From Eledone cirrhosa (lineage: Eukaryota): a stretch of DNA of 64,000 bases. Both the position numbers and the translations under genes were made by a program. The stretch covers positions 46,872,001 to 46,936,000 of the forward strand of contig OZ024743.1 of assembly GCA_964016885.1 (NCBI GenBank), read 5' to 3'. This document shows positions 1-15,465 of the stretch, in pieces (the stretch's first letter is position 1; every line of letters begins with the position of its first letter). The notes beneath the pieces were generated by a model. It saw only the letters and a list, made by a program, of their open reading frames with translations. It did not search any database and was not told the origin of the DNA.

Positions 1-2346
<2,346 letters not shown>

Positions 2347-3373
2347 ACTCTTTTACTCTTTTACCTGTTTCAGCCATCCGGCTGAGGCCATGCTGGGGCA
2401 CCGCCCTTGTTGCTACACATTTTATCTCCAGCCTGTATAGGTTGGCCACTGGTGTAGGAGGGAGTTTGTTGCTGCTGCCCTTAGGTTTCCCTCGTGTCTT
2501 GCTGTGGGCTCATCCGGGATCCTGGATAACAAGGTGTCGAGATGTTTCTTAAAGACATCCACCTCCACGTCATGCAAGTCTCGCAGATGCCTCGGCAGCC
2601 TGTTGAAGAGTTGAGGGCCCTTGAATCCCAGGCTATTGCAATACCTGCTCCTTATTCTAGATGTGGAAGACGGGACCTTTGGCACCACACAGTGACGTCC
2701 CGTTCGACGGTTGGTCCAACTCCCAATGCCAAAGTTTGGTGCTAGTCCCTCCAGGATTTTCCACATGTAGATCACTGCGTATCTCTCCCGTCTTCGCTCC
2801 AAGGAGTAGAGGTTCAGTTCCTTCAGCCTCTCCCAGTAGCTTGTCTCCCTCATCTTGGCAATCCTCTTGGTGTAGCTTCGCTGGATTGCCTCAAGCTCTG
2901 TGGTTAGTTTGACACTATGGGGTGACCACAGCTGGGAGCAGTAGTCCAGGCGGCTTAGGACAAAAGTCCTCCACAGTGTCAACATGGTGTCTCGATCTCT
3001 TGTAAGGAAAGTCCTCAAGATCCAGCCAGCGAATCGTCTACATGCTGTCGCCACCTTCATGATGTGTGAAGAAAAAGATGCATCATCGCTCATGTCTATG
3101 CCCAGGTCTCGTATCGATTTTGACACGGGGATATCGGTCCCTCCTGGTCCTGTGTAGCTGTGTTCCGCTATATTTGTGTTTGTGTTTGCAGGTTTGTATT
3201 GTAGGGCTTGGAATTTGCCAGCATTAAACTGCATGTTGTTTTCTTCCGCCCATCTGTATATGGCATCCAGATCCTGCTGTAAGAGGGCAGCGTCAGCCGG
3301 GTTTTTGATTGCCTGTGCTACCTTAGTGTCATCAGCATAGCTAGTGAGGGATGTTGTTGCATGCACCACAGAG

Positions 3374-3378
<5 letters not shown>
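2347..3378 (-). mobile_element. 5'-truncated CR1/L2-group LINE inserted in (TA)n
   Basis: RT C-terminal ORF, then a ~75-nt 3' UTR with stem-loop CAGCC-GGAT-GGCTG and terminal (GTAAAAGA)2 repeat. TA arrays on both sides. Confidence 0.9.
2422..3378 (-). pseudogene. Uninterrupted C-terminal fragment (318 aa) of a LINE reverse transcriptase
   Basis: Motifs [47 protein letters not shown] and [20 protein letters not shown] are typical of CR1/L2-group ORF2. The upstream part of track ORF 2422..4557 is microsatellite. Confidence 0.9.
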
Positions 3379-3457
<79 letters not shown>

Positions 3458-3551
3458 CATATATATATATACATACATATATATATATATACAACATATA
3501 TATATACATACATATATATATATATACATACATATATATATATATACATAC

Positions 3552-3606
<55 letters not shown>

Positions 3607-3771
3607 CATACATATATATATATATACATACATATATATATATATACATACATATATATATATATACATATATATATATACATATACATATATATATATA
3701 CATATACATATATATACATATATACACATATATATACATATATATACATATATATATATATATATATCATA

Positions 3772-3823
<52 letters not shown>

Positions 3824-3942
3824 CATACATATATATATATACATACATATATATATATATACATACATATATATATATATACATATATATATATACATAT
3901 ACATATATATACATATATACACATATATATACATATACATAC

Positions 3943-3979
<37 letters not shown>

Positions 3980-4130
3980 CATATATATATACATATTATA
4001 TATATATATACATACATATATACATACATATATATATATATACATACACATATATTATATATACATATATATATATATATACATACATATATACATACAT
4101 ATATATATATATACATACATATATATATAT

Positions 4131-4217
<87 letters not shown>

Positions 4218-4258
4218 CATATATATATACATATATATATATACATATACATATATAC

Positions 4259-4311
<53 letters not shown>

Positions 4312-4312
4312 C

Positions 4313-4345
<33 letters not shown>

Positions 4346-4453
4346 CATATATATGTATATATATACATATATATACATATATATATATATACATATATAT
4401 ATATACATATATACATATATATATTACATATATATATATGTACATATATATAC

Positions 4454-4538
<85 letters not shown>

Positions 4539-4548
4539 ACATATATAT
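3379..4548. repeat. (TA)n/(TACA)n microsatellite
   Basis: Directly visible. Confidence 0.98.
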
Positions 4549-5505
4549 ACTAGACATGAAAAATGCGCAAGCTCAAAAGTGCCACAGAATGTTATAATAA
4601 ACCTTCAAAAGTGTGGGACTAGAGTTGTTGCTAAAAAATATTGTAATCATTATATATCGTACATTCTGTGGCATCCTTTATAAAAATAGCTTAAACCAAC
4701 GAAGCCTTTATTTTTACGCTATTTCACTTAGTTAATTCTTAGAGTGTAACATATAAAAATATCATTTACAACTATAAAATAAATTAATTAATAAAATAAC
4801 AGAGCTGCGGAGCTGAAATTTAGGAAATAATGGAGTATCGGATCCTGAGTCGGAGCCAGTCAATTTTTGGCCGACTCCGCAGCCCTGTATAATACATTTC
4901 ATATTAAAGTTATTAATAAACCTATTTTACACTTCATGCAAATTACCACGAGATATTGATATTAGATATAAGATACAGCGCAATATCTACAGCTGTAAAA
5001 GTACGAAAGCGAAGTAATAATAAGTGGCTTAAGGTAATTCCAATATGAAAGTTTGTAGTGATAAAAATTTGATAATGCAATACGATTGTTAATATTATAG
5101 TTCTATGAAAATGTAACAATAGATAACTAAATTATTTTACTATTAGTATATTTAAGAAATTATCATTATAGATTTGATCGTTCATATAAGCATCATATTA
5201 AGTTTCAACACAATTATTTTGTTACTATGAGTATATGATAATAATATTACGTAATTATTTATAGCTGTTATTACATTAAACATAGATGTATTTATTTTTA
5301 TATGTTACACTCTAAGAATTAACTAAGTGAAATAGCGTAAAAATAAATGCTTCGTTGGTTTAAGCTATTTTTATAAAGGATGCCACAGAATGTACGATAT
5401 ATAATGATTACAATATTTTTTAGCAACAACTCTAGTCCCACACTTTTGAAGGTTTATTATAACATTCTGTGGCACTTTTGAGCTTGCGCATTTTTCATGT
5501 CTAGT
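4549..5505. mobile_element. Foldback/MITE-like element with ~213-bp terminal inverted repeats
   Basis: 4549-4761 is the reverse complement of 5293-5505 (one mismatch seen). Ends are ACTAG...CTAGT; AT-rich ~530-bp spacer. Confidence 0.8.
4800..4887. mobile_element. Tiny hAT-like MITE
   Basis: TIRs CAGAGCTGCGGAG / CTCCGCAGCCCTG; flanking 8-mers TAAAATAA / TATAATAC (degenerate TSD). Confidence 0.6.
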
Positions 5506-6057
5506 TTAATATTTTTTAAGGCAACGCTTGTAATAACTCTAGTTAAACAGGATATATATTAATAATAAATTATCGTTGTAATGTAATTAGATTATGTAAT
5601 TGTTATTATAAATTATCTTATAAATATTAGTGTAAGATGTATAAAAATATTTTCAGACTTTTAATATAAACAACTACAAAAAACAATCAATATTAAATCA
5701 ATATATTATACATAATAGAAAACATAAAATATACAATACAAAAACAAAATATTTACATACAATTGCAATTATCAGTGTATATACATTTTCTTTATATTCC
5801 CTGAGCAAATTAATAAGATTTGTTTTTATTGTACATAATTTGATGACTTGTTGGAGTGTATTAAAAGATAGCAACAATTTGTGATTAAATTGTTATCTTA
5901 AGCAACTCACTTTTTAATAGTTGTTGGCTGAGCGAAATTGTAAAAGCCTATGAGCAAATATAAAAAAAAATACACAAACAACATTTCCTTGTGTTATTAC
6001 AACATTAGATAAAATAATTGAGCAATGTCGTTATATTTTGCTCTTATTGCACATTAA

Positions 6058-6228
6058 TAGTGTTTCTATTTTTCGGCACAAATCCATTACGGCAGTCCAT
6101 TACTGGTACTTTATTTTATCGAATTAGTAAGTATGAAAGTCGAAGTTAACCTCGGCAGGATTTGAACTTAGAATGCAAAGGACCATAACAATACTGCAAA
6201 GCATGGTGTCTGACGCTCTACCAATACT
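6058..6228 (-). mobile_element. tRNA-derived SINE, family A (diverged copy)
   Basis: Matches the family consensus ...GAGTTCAAATCC.GCCGAGGTTAACTTTGCCTTTCATCC...GATAAAATAAAGTACCAGTAATG...GTGCCAAAAGTAGAAACA seen about 12 times in the window. Confidence 0.8.
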
Positions 6229-6633
6229 TGTGTTGAGCTGGTCATTAATTTATGGTGGTCGTGCGTGGAGTAGAGCAATCGCTAGTTGAAATATTATGAA
6301 CAAAACATTTTTATTTGCCGAAGAACATATTTTCAATACTGTTTGTGAATGTGACGAAGGAAATACATTCTGATATGGAACAGTGTACAAAGTGTGTCTG
6401 TGAATAACATAATGTTACCTCATGTTGTTGTCAAGACATAATGGATTTCGTATATCCAGTTAGAAGATGAAACCTAGCCATCTCGGATTAGTTATATTTC
6501 ATGCCATGTGTAAACGTGTTTGAGGATAGCAAAATATGCGCGTTAATTATAATAATTAGTTAATAATATTACAAAATATACCTAATTAAACTCTTTGCTT
6601 GAAATTTTATCATTCTTCGTTTATATATATATA

Positions 6634-6690
<57 letters not shown>

Positions 6691-7458
6691 TCTAGTCCTT
6701 CGCTCAAGATTAATCTATAAGTTTAGATGTTTGCCTTCGTTTAAGTAAATATTACAGTAAGATTTTTAATATAAACAACTACAAAAAACAATTAATATTA
6801 AAACGAAAAAATTATCAATGATAAAAGAAGCGGATGCAACTTTTTTTTTTATAAAGTTATATTCCTGTTTCTTTAAAGAACATTTCATTTTTGTTCTATT
6901 GTAGGCGAAATAATGCAATGGTTTAATAGGGAAGATATAACTTACGAATTATGTCTCTAACCGTGTAACGCTTTTTAAGTAGATAACTACAATTGAAAAT
7001 ACTAAAGAAATGGAACCAACAATTCAATTTGAAAGTCGTCTAGTGACAGTGTATTACTGGTACTTTATTTTATCGACCCCGTAACGATGAAAGGCAAAAA
7101 TGCAAATGCTTAAAATTTAAATTGCCTTAATTCTATCGTCTGCTGTTTCATTAAAGGGAGATTATCGTCTGTATTTAATTCTATCGTCTACTGTTCCACT
7201 AAACAGATATACCTCCACTATCGTCTCTATTTATACATTTTAACTTATAACTTATACACATTTGATTTGAAATATTTTATCTAGTCCCCCCTCTTCAATA
7301 TTATGATGATTTCTTTCGAATGAAACAGTTCTAGTCCTGTAGAAACCATTTATATATATAATTGAACTGAGTTAAAAATTCACAATATTTATAATTAAAT
7401 AAGCTCATATATATGTGTGTATTTATCTGTTTATTGTATTATATATAATGTGTGTATA

Positions 7459-7584
7459 TACAGGATGTCCCCCAAAAATATATACACACTTCAACAGCAT
7501 TCTAATAACTATTGCCTGTACAGGTAATCAAAGTGTCAATCGAATGTTAGTTTCGTGTTTTAACAGTACAAATTTACAATACAC
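7459..7584. mobile_element. Tc1/mariner-type MITE end, truncated by the gap
   Basis: TA|CAGGATGTCCCCCAAAAATATATACACACTTCAACAGCATTC is nearly identical to the element at 28223-28320. Confidence 0.6.
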
Positions 7585-7784
7585 NNNNNNNNNNNNNNNN
7601 NNNNNNNNNNNNNNNNNNNNNNNNNNNNNNNNNNNNNNNNNNNNNNNNNNNNNNNNNNNNNNNNNNNNNNNNNNNNNNNNNNNNNNNNNNNNNNNNNNNN
7701 NNNNNNNNNNNNNNNNNNNNNNNNNNNNNNNNNNNNNNNNNNNNNNNNNNNNNNNNNNNNNNNNNNNNNNNNNNNNNNNNNNNN
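7585..7784. other. Assembly gap (200 N)
   Basis: Run of N. Confidence 1.
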
Positions 7785-7847
<63 letters not shown>

Positions 7848-8254
7848 CATTAATGTAACATATATTCCTATGCGTGGGTGTATAGAGTCGTTTAATATAT
7901 ATGAATGGACAAAGAATCAATTTATATATACCACAACAGTTGTCATTTCTGAACGGAAGAAATGCCTAAACTTTGTATATTTAATTTATATTAAATTTAT
8001 TAAATTTCAGTACGTCTATAAAATCGATTATGATTGACTTTTTATTATTGACAGTTGTATAAGTATGTTTTGAAATCCTTACAGAAGGAACATATAAAGA
8101 TAAAATAATGAATTATTGCTGGGAACCTCACAAATACACAGAAAATATATGAAATGTAGAGAGAAGACGCTAGAAAGTAAAACGACCATTCTCTACCTGT
8201 GACACATTGTAAGGCTCACTTGACACATATAAACATATGCACGTGTATCGATAC

Positions 8255-8668
<414 letters not shown>

Positions 8669-8886
8669 ATGAAAGAGTCGGTACCCCGACGACTGAGCTC
8701 TTGCCGTTTCAACAGGTGTTTACTGTATCCATTGATGTATATATGTATCCATATATGGTTGACGTCTGAAAGAAAAGAATACTCAATACAGGTGCAGAGT
8801 TTTAATATTCGTTTTATTATGGTTAAACAGTGAGTCTTGTTACTCTGGAGTTTCGCCTGTTTATCACAGTGACATTAACAACATGA

Positions 8887-9120
8887 ATATATATATATAT
8901 ATATATTATGATATGTGTGCGCGCGTGTGTGTGTGTGTGAGTATGTGTGTGTATGTGCGCGTGTGTGTGAGTATGTGTGAGTATGTGTGTGTGTGAGTGT
9001 GTGTGTGTGCGTGTGAATATGTGTGTGTGTATGTGTGTGTGTGTGAGTATGTGTGAGTATGTATGTGTGTGTGTGTGTGAGAGTATGTGTGTGTGTGAGT
9101 GTGTGCGTGTGTGTGTGTAT
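8887..9120. repeat. (TA)n/(GT)n microsatellite
   Basis: Directly visible. Confidence 0.9.
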
Positions 9121-9225
9121 ACGTATATTTGGGGTCGGGGTGCAACCCCCCCCCCCCCCTCAATGTATCCAGTGATTAATTCCCCGAGGAATTAATCACT
9201 CTTGAATAATTCCCAGCTATCGGAG

Positions 9226-10237
9226 CTGGCTTACCTGCCCGAGCGAGCCCCACGAGGTGGAATGGCCTGGCTTACCTGCCCGAGCGAGCCCCACGAGGTG
9301 GAATGGCCTGGCTTACCTGCCCGAGCGAGCCCCACGAGGTGGAATGGCCTGGCTTACCTGCCAGAGCGAGCCCCACGAGGTGGAATGGCCTGGCTTACCT
9401 GCCAGAGCGAGCCCCACGAGGTGGAATGGCCTGGCTTACCTGCCAGAGCGAGCCCCACGAGGTGGAATGGCCTGGCTTACCTGCCAGAGCGAGCCCCACG
9501 AGGTGGAATGGCCTGGCTTACCTGCCAGAGCGAGCCCCACTAGGTGGAATGGCCTGGCTTACCTGCCAGAGCGAGCCCCACGAGGTGGAATGGCCTGGCT
9601 TACCTGCCAGAGCGAGCCCCACGAGGTGGAATGGCCTGGCTTACCTGCCCGAGCGAGTCCCACGAGGTGGAATGGCCTGGCTTACCTGCCCGAGCGAGTC
9701 CCACGAGGTGGAATGGCCTGGCTTACCTGCCAGAGCGAGCCCCACGAGGTGGAATGGCCTGGCTTACCTGCCCGAGCGAGCCCCACGAGGTGGAATGGCC
9801 TGGCTTATCTGCCCGAGCGAGCCCCACGAGGTGGAATGGCCTGGCTTACCTGCCCGAGCGAGTCCCACGAGGTGGAATGGCCTGGCTTACCTGCCCGAGC
9901 GAGTCCCACGAGGTGGAATGGCCTGGCTTACCTGCCCGAGCGAGCCCCACGAGGTGGAATGGCCTGGCTTACCTGCCCGAGCGAGCCCCACGAGGTGGAA
10001 TGGCCTGGCTTATCTGCCCGAGCGAGCCCCACGAGGTGGAATGGCCTGGCTTACCTGCCCGAGCGAGCCCCACGAGGTGGAATGGCCTGGCTTACCTGCC
10101 CGAGCGAGCCCCACGAGGTGGAATGGCCTGGCTTATCTGCCCGAGCGAGCCCCACGAGGTGGAATGGACTGGCTTACCTGCCCGAGCGAGCCCCACGAGG
10201 TGGAATGGCCTGGCTTATCTGCCAGAGCGAGTCCCAC
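9226..10237. repeat. GC-rich 41-bp minisatellite, ~24.7 copies
   Basis: Unit CTGGCTTACCTGCC[C/A]GAGCGAG[C/T]CCCACGAGGTGGAATGGC; near-identical copies with no spacers. Confidence 0.97.
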
Positions 10238-10509
10238 TCTGGGGTAATGTCTTCTAGCCGTGACCATCAGGTAGACTCTCCCTTAACTTTCATTATAGTT
10301 GTGGCGTGTGGAATACAACAATTAACCAGATATTTTACTAGAAACATAATTGGGTGTAAATTCCATTTAGTATTGACATTAACCCAATCAGACTATATTT
10401 ACTGGATCAGCCGTCATATATTATATATCACTTCTATATGAAATACTCTTGGCTTCACGCTCACAATAATTTCTATACTTTCATTTATAGTATATATATG
10501 TATATCTCA

Positions 10510-10593
10510 GTCTCTCTCTCTCTCTCCCTGCCAGTCTATCTAGCTACCCATCTCTCTCTCTCTCTATCTCTATTTGACTGTCTCCCTCTCTGT

Positions 10594-10643
<50 letters not shown>

Positions 10644-10697
10644 CTGTCTGTGCCTGACTGTCTCTCTCTCTCTGTCAGTCTCTCTATCTGTCTGTGC

Positions 10698-10741
<44 letters not shown>

Positions 10742-10749
10742 GTGCCTGA

Positions 10750-10815
<66 letters not shown>

Positions 10816-10818
10816 GTG

Positions 10819-10885
<67 letters not shown>

Positions 10886-10900
10886 ATCTCTCTATCTATC
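10510..10900. repeat. (CT)n/(ATCT)n compound microsatellite
   Basis: Directly visible. Confidence 0.9.
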
Positions 10901-11077
10901 TAAAAGAAACATATCTATTTATCTATGTATGTATCTATAAATTATAGATACATATATACGATATATTTACTTAATTATTTGTGTGTGATGTGTGTATACA
11001 TGTAAACAGACACACACACACATATATATATATATATGTGTGTGTGTGTGCGCGTGTGTAAACATGTATATACATAG

Positions 11078-11135
11078 ATGGTGCCCCAGAATGGCCACAG
11101 CCCTTGGGCTGGAACAGGTGAGAAGGTAAAAGAAT
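11078..11135 (+). mobile_element. Isolated 3' tail of the CR1/L2-like LINE or of a SINE sharing it
   Basis: GGTGCCCCAGAATGGCCACAGCCCTTGGGCTGGAACAGGT...GTAAAAGA is homologous to the minus-strand tail at 2347-2410. Confidence 0.7.
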
Positions 11136-11171
11136 ATACGTGCGTGTATAGGTGTATCTATCTTTATATAT

Positions 11172-11348
11172 AATTGTTTCTACTTTTGGCACAAAGTCAG
11201 CAATTATCTCAGTGTATTACTGGTACTTTATTTTATCGACCCCGTAAAGATGGAAGGTAAAGTTAACCTCGGCAGGATTTGAACTCAGATCGTAAAGGGC
11301 CGTAACTCTAAGCATGGCGTCCGACCCTCTACCGATACTGCCAATCCT
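11172..11348 (-). mobile_element. tRNA-derived SINE, family A
   Basis: A-box TGGCAGTATCGG and B-box GAGTTCAAATCC on the minus strand, plus family body. Confidence 0.88.
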
Positions 11349-11704
11349 CTCTTTTATATATAATAATAATATGGAATAGAATACGTTTATTGCCATATAT
11401 AGTAACGAGGTACGTGCATAGGAAATTTGTCCTCCATCCGATAATGACAAGATACACGAGCCTAAACTGTTTATTTTATTGAACTACCGAGTGTCGATTG
11501 ATTTTATTATCGTATGAGAAAAGTAATTGATCAGTGGGTAATCTTAACTTTCTCAACTCCACTTAAAACCCCCCACCGTTGCTATTTTCCTCCCTTTTTT
11601 TTTCACCTCCCTTCTATTTTATTTTATTTCTATTTTTACTGTTTAGTCAGGGATTGAAGGTCCTTTCCTTAAACAATTCGGGAAAGATGAGAATTAATTA
11701 TAAA

Positions 11705-12188
11705 CATTGTCGGATTTACCATTGTGTTTAGGGTTCTTAAGCACAGGGCCCCCTTGGCCGGGGGGTTGGGGATATGCCCCCCCCCAATTTTTACGATGAA
11801 TTTTTTACGAGTAAGGGGTCTCATAACTTTTATTCATATATAATCAAATGAAAAGGATATATTCTTTTAATGTTACAATATTAAAGAAAATGTAAAGGAA
11901 GGGATGAACAAGCGAGCCAACACCAGAGCAAAAGACAGCAACGTCACGAGGAGTACCAGGCAACCTCTCTAATGATATTTGAGACAAGCCAGCACACTCG
12001 CAGCGTTGCTTCGGGTGATGGCGAAGCTGATGCGCTGGAACAGCCAAGCGCCCTCACGAGATTCGCCAGTTACCTCTATTAGGCGAGCCACCAACGAAGA
12101 GAGGAAACTTGCAGTCAGAGGCCCGATTCCCCCAAATGTCTCATAACTTAACTAGCACAGAACCTTATTTGTCCTAAATCCGGCACTG
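11705..12188. mobile_element. hAT-like non-autonomous element
   Basis: TIRs CATTGTCGGATTTA / TAAATCCGGCACTG (12/14); 8-bp TSD ATTATAAA / ATGATAAA. Confidence 0.7.
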
Positions 12189-12643
12189 ATGATAAAATAT
12201 ATTGAAAAACAATATTTATTTGATTTGCTGTTTAGTCAAGGAGAGAAGGGCAGTGACTTGACTCTTTTCGGGGATTCCCTGATAGTTGGAAGTGGGTAAA
12301 TATCCCCAAATCAGCAACCTAGACTTAATGACCACAACAGTGTGGTCTCTGCTTATGGTCAAATGGCAGTGTTAAACTGAGCATCAGACTAAGTCTACCA
12401 TCCAAAAATAGAGGCATCTCGTCGACAGGCTTCCAAACAGTTTCCATCTACAAAATTTGTTTGATATGTTCGACATATTATCACTAATATATTCGATATT
12501 ATCAGGAAGACCTAAAAAAAAAAAAAAAAAAAACTAGAGGCAATTTTGCGATAGAGGATTTAAAACCCTAAACGCCAAACGACACCAACTGAAACAACTC
12601 GCAGCTACAACCGAACAACTAAAATATAAATCAACAACCTTAA

Positions 12644-12857
12644 CCCTTTAGCATTTAAGCCGGCCATATCCAGCCATAATTCTCTCACCTCTTTCTGTTC
12701 AAACTGGCCATAATCGGCTGCTTATCCAACATTACGTATTGTTCTCAAATTAAATGATATCAACATCTCATTTGTTGATATTATGTGAAACAATTATGTG
12801 AGATAATTTACTACAAATATACAATAGTGAATATAGAATAATGTAAATGCTAAAGGG
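12644..12857 (+). mobile_element. piggyBac-type MITE
   Basis: TTAA|CCCTTTAGCATTTA ... TAAATGCTAAAGGG|TTAA; duplicated TTAA interrupts the R4/Dong LINE. Confidence 0.9.
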
Positions 12858-13665
12858 TTAAACGACAAATGCTGAATAAGTTATTTGCCAAAGATCTCAA
12901 ATCAGTTTATCACAGCTTCAATGTGAAAAGCTCAATCTCTGTAAAAGATATCCCTGTAAAAGATCAGGTTGAGGGCTACTGGAGATCTGTATGGGAACCA
13001 AATGATGAATTCAACAAACAAGCTGTATAGCTAAAAGAACTAGAGAAGGACTACTAACAGCATGTTCAACAAAAGCAATGTGAAATAGACGGCGCAATAC
13101 TGGAAAGAGCTCAATAGAAAATGTCAAACAAGAAATCCTCAGGTCCAAACATCTTTTATCAGTGAGATCTCATATGGTTGTATGGAGAAATTGTGAAAGG
13201 CACACAAGAACTTCCCCAGTGGTTATAAACTGTTGTGGCTCTCCTCATGCCCCAAAATAGCTGACCACCTTTGCTAAAATTTTCCGTCCAATAGCCTGCC
13301 AGAACATCACATACAAATTATACACTGGATGCCTCAATCTTGAATCATTGTGCCACCAACAATATTATAACACCCAAGCAATCTGGGCAAGAGAAAATGT
13401 GGGGATGTTTAGAGCAGCTACTAATAAGCAAAATGATCCAGGAAAAAACAGTAAAGAATCGAAGGGATATGACTATATTGTAGCTGGACTACCAGAAGGC
13501 TTTTGATAGTATACCACATGGGTTTATTAACAAAGCCTTACAGTTAGCTAAAGTCCCACAACCACTAGTAGCTGCTATCGAACGTCTGACCAAGACTTTG
13601 CTCCTTAGGGGCAATAAGAAACAGATTGAGTCTGATAGCATTCACTGCCAAAAAGGTATGTTTCA

Positions 13666-13838
13666 TAACTGTTTCTACTTTTGGCACAAAGCCAGCAATT
13701 ATCCCACTGCATTACTAGTACTTTATTTTATCGACCCCGTAAGGATGAAAGGCAAAGTTAACCCCGGTGGGATTTGAACTCAGCCCATAAAGGGCCGTAA
13801 CTCTTTGCTGCAAAGCATGGCGTCCGACCCTCTACCGA
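13666..13838 (-). mobile_element. tRNA-derived SINE, family A, inserted in the RT GMF(Q)GD motif region of the R4/Dong LINE
   Basis: Family consensus. LINE coding resumes afterwards (..LSVLIFVFSLNPL). Confidence 0.85.
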
Positions 13839-14571
13839 CCCTTGTCAGTGCTGATCTTCGTCTTCTCATTAAACCCACTATCATACCTGCTCACAAAACA
13901 TAGTGGTCATAGAAATGGATCTCGAAGTATCTCCCATATTTTTTTTGTCGATGACCTGAAATTGTATGGGCCAAATATCAACCACATAAAAAACAATTGA
14001 ACCTCAGTACCAAATTTTTCACAGACATTGAAATGAAGTTTGGGAAAGTTGTGACCTCTGAAAACCTAAAGATTAGCGGTTTGACAATACAACCTCTACA
14101 GCCAGATAACAATTATAGGTATCTTGGACAGGATGAGAATGTCAGGTATGATAGAATTATAAACAAGGAGAGTTCCAGAAATGAATACCTCAGGAGAGTA
14201 AAGAGAATATGGTGATCAGAACTCTCAACGTACAAGTACATTGCCCATAATACTTTTACTGTGCCCATCCTAACACCAACATTTGGCCTGCTGAATTGGT
14301 CATTGAAATAATTAAGCAAATGAATGTAAGGACTCGCAAGCTGCTCAGTGTTGATGGGGACTAACATCAATGGTGATGTGGATAAGTTATATTTCTTACA
14401 CATGGGTCCTAAAATACATATTAACATCATACAAGACCTGGATAATAATAAAATTGGAAGACTCTACTCAATGCTAAAAAAAAAAAAAAAAAATGGGCCA
14501 TTTCACTAAGAAGGTGATTATGAGGACTTGAGACGAAAAACACAGACCATGGGGGGGGGGGGGGGTAAACT

Positions 14572-14818
14572 CAGTAGCGTGCAGGGGAAGGGGGTCGATG
14601 GTGTGTTGGCCCCAGGCATTCTTTGGATGGGGGCATCATTTGGGGAAAATAACTTAATAAATTTGATTGATTTATATTAAAATCGAATAAAGTGTTTATA
14701 TATTCAAAATGTTTTCCTTTCTCATAATATTTCTCAGTATATTAGGCCTTATACTTGAGTCTTTGGGGCATACAATCAAGAGTTGCCTCGGGCATCACCA
14801 GAGCTCTGCACACCACTG
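14572..14818. mobile_element. hAT-like MITE
   Basis: TIRs CAGTAGCGTGCAG / CTGCACACCACTG; flanking 8-mers GGTAAACT / GATAAACC. Confidence 0.65.
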
Positions 14819-15301
14819 GATAAACCATACTAAAAACCTGACATGGAGTTTCGACAATTTCATATCATCCAGAAATAAGAAATCCCCATAAAGTATCTAC
14901 TGCACAGAAGAGGAAGGTCCTCAGTTGATAATAAATGGAAGCTGAGCAAGATAAAGCTTGAAAATGTTGCCTTCTTGTTACTACCTCCCAACGAGGCACG
15001 ATGTAATAGCTAAGAGCTAGAACTATCTGGAATACATTCATTACAGAAGACGACAATCAAACAGGGGGAAGTATGTGGTGACCGATGGCTCAAAGGAATA
15101 CTGGTGGAACCTCAAAATAAAAACAGCCACCAAATTAAAGCACAACCGGCCTGATATTGTTGTTTTGGATCACATTAAAAACATGCTCTGTTGCAGAAAT
15201 CAGCTGCTCACTTGATGTGGGAAGAACAATGCAAGAAGGAGTTTGCAGATCCAGTATCCAAGATACATGTTCAGCTTCACATTATTATTACCGGTTATTA
15301 T

Positions 15302-15465
15302 TAGAGCGGACGCCATGCTTTGACGCATAGAGTTACGGCCCTTGCCATTCTGAGTTCAAATCCCGCCGAGGTTAACTTTGCCTTTCATTCTTACGGGGTC
15401 GATAAAAAAAGTACCAGTAATGCACTGGGTAATTGCTGGCCTTGTGCCAAAAGTGGAAACAATTA
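15302..15465 (+). mobile_element. tRNA-derived SINE, family A
   Basis: B-box GAGTTCAAATCC and family body. Confidence 0.85.

Noticed and set aside
9202-10441. Repeat-protein ORFs or a CRISPR-like array
   Set aside because: The 41-bp unit gives the same peptide in all three frames. There are no unique spacers or cas genes, and the context is eukaryotic.
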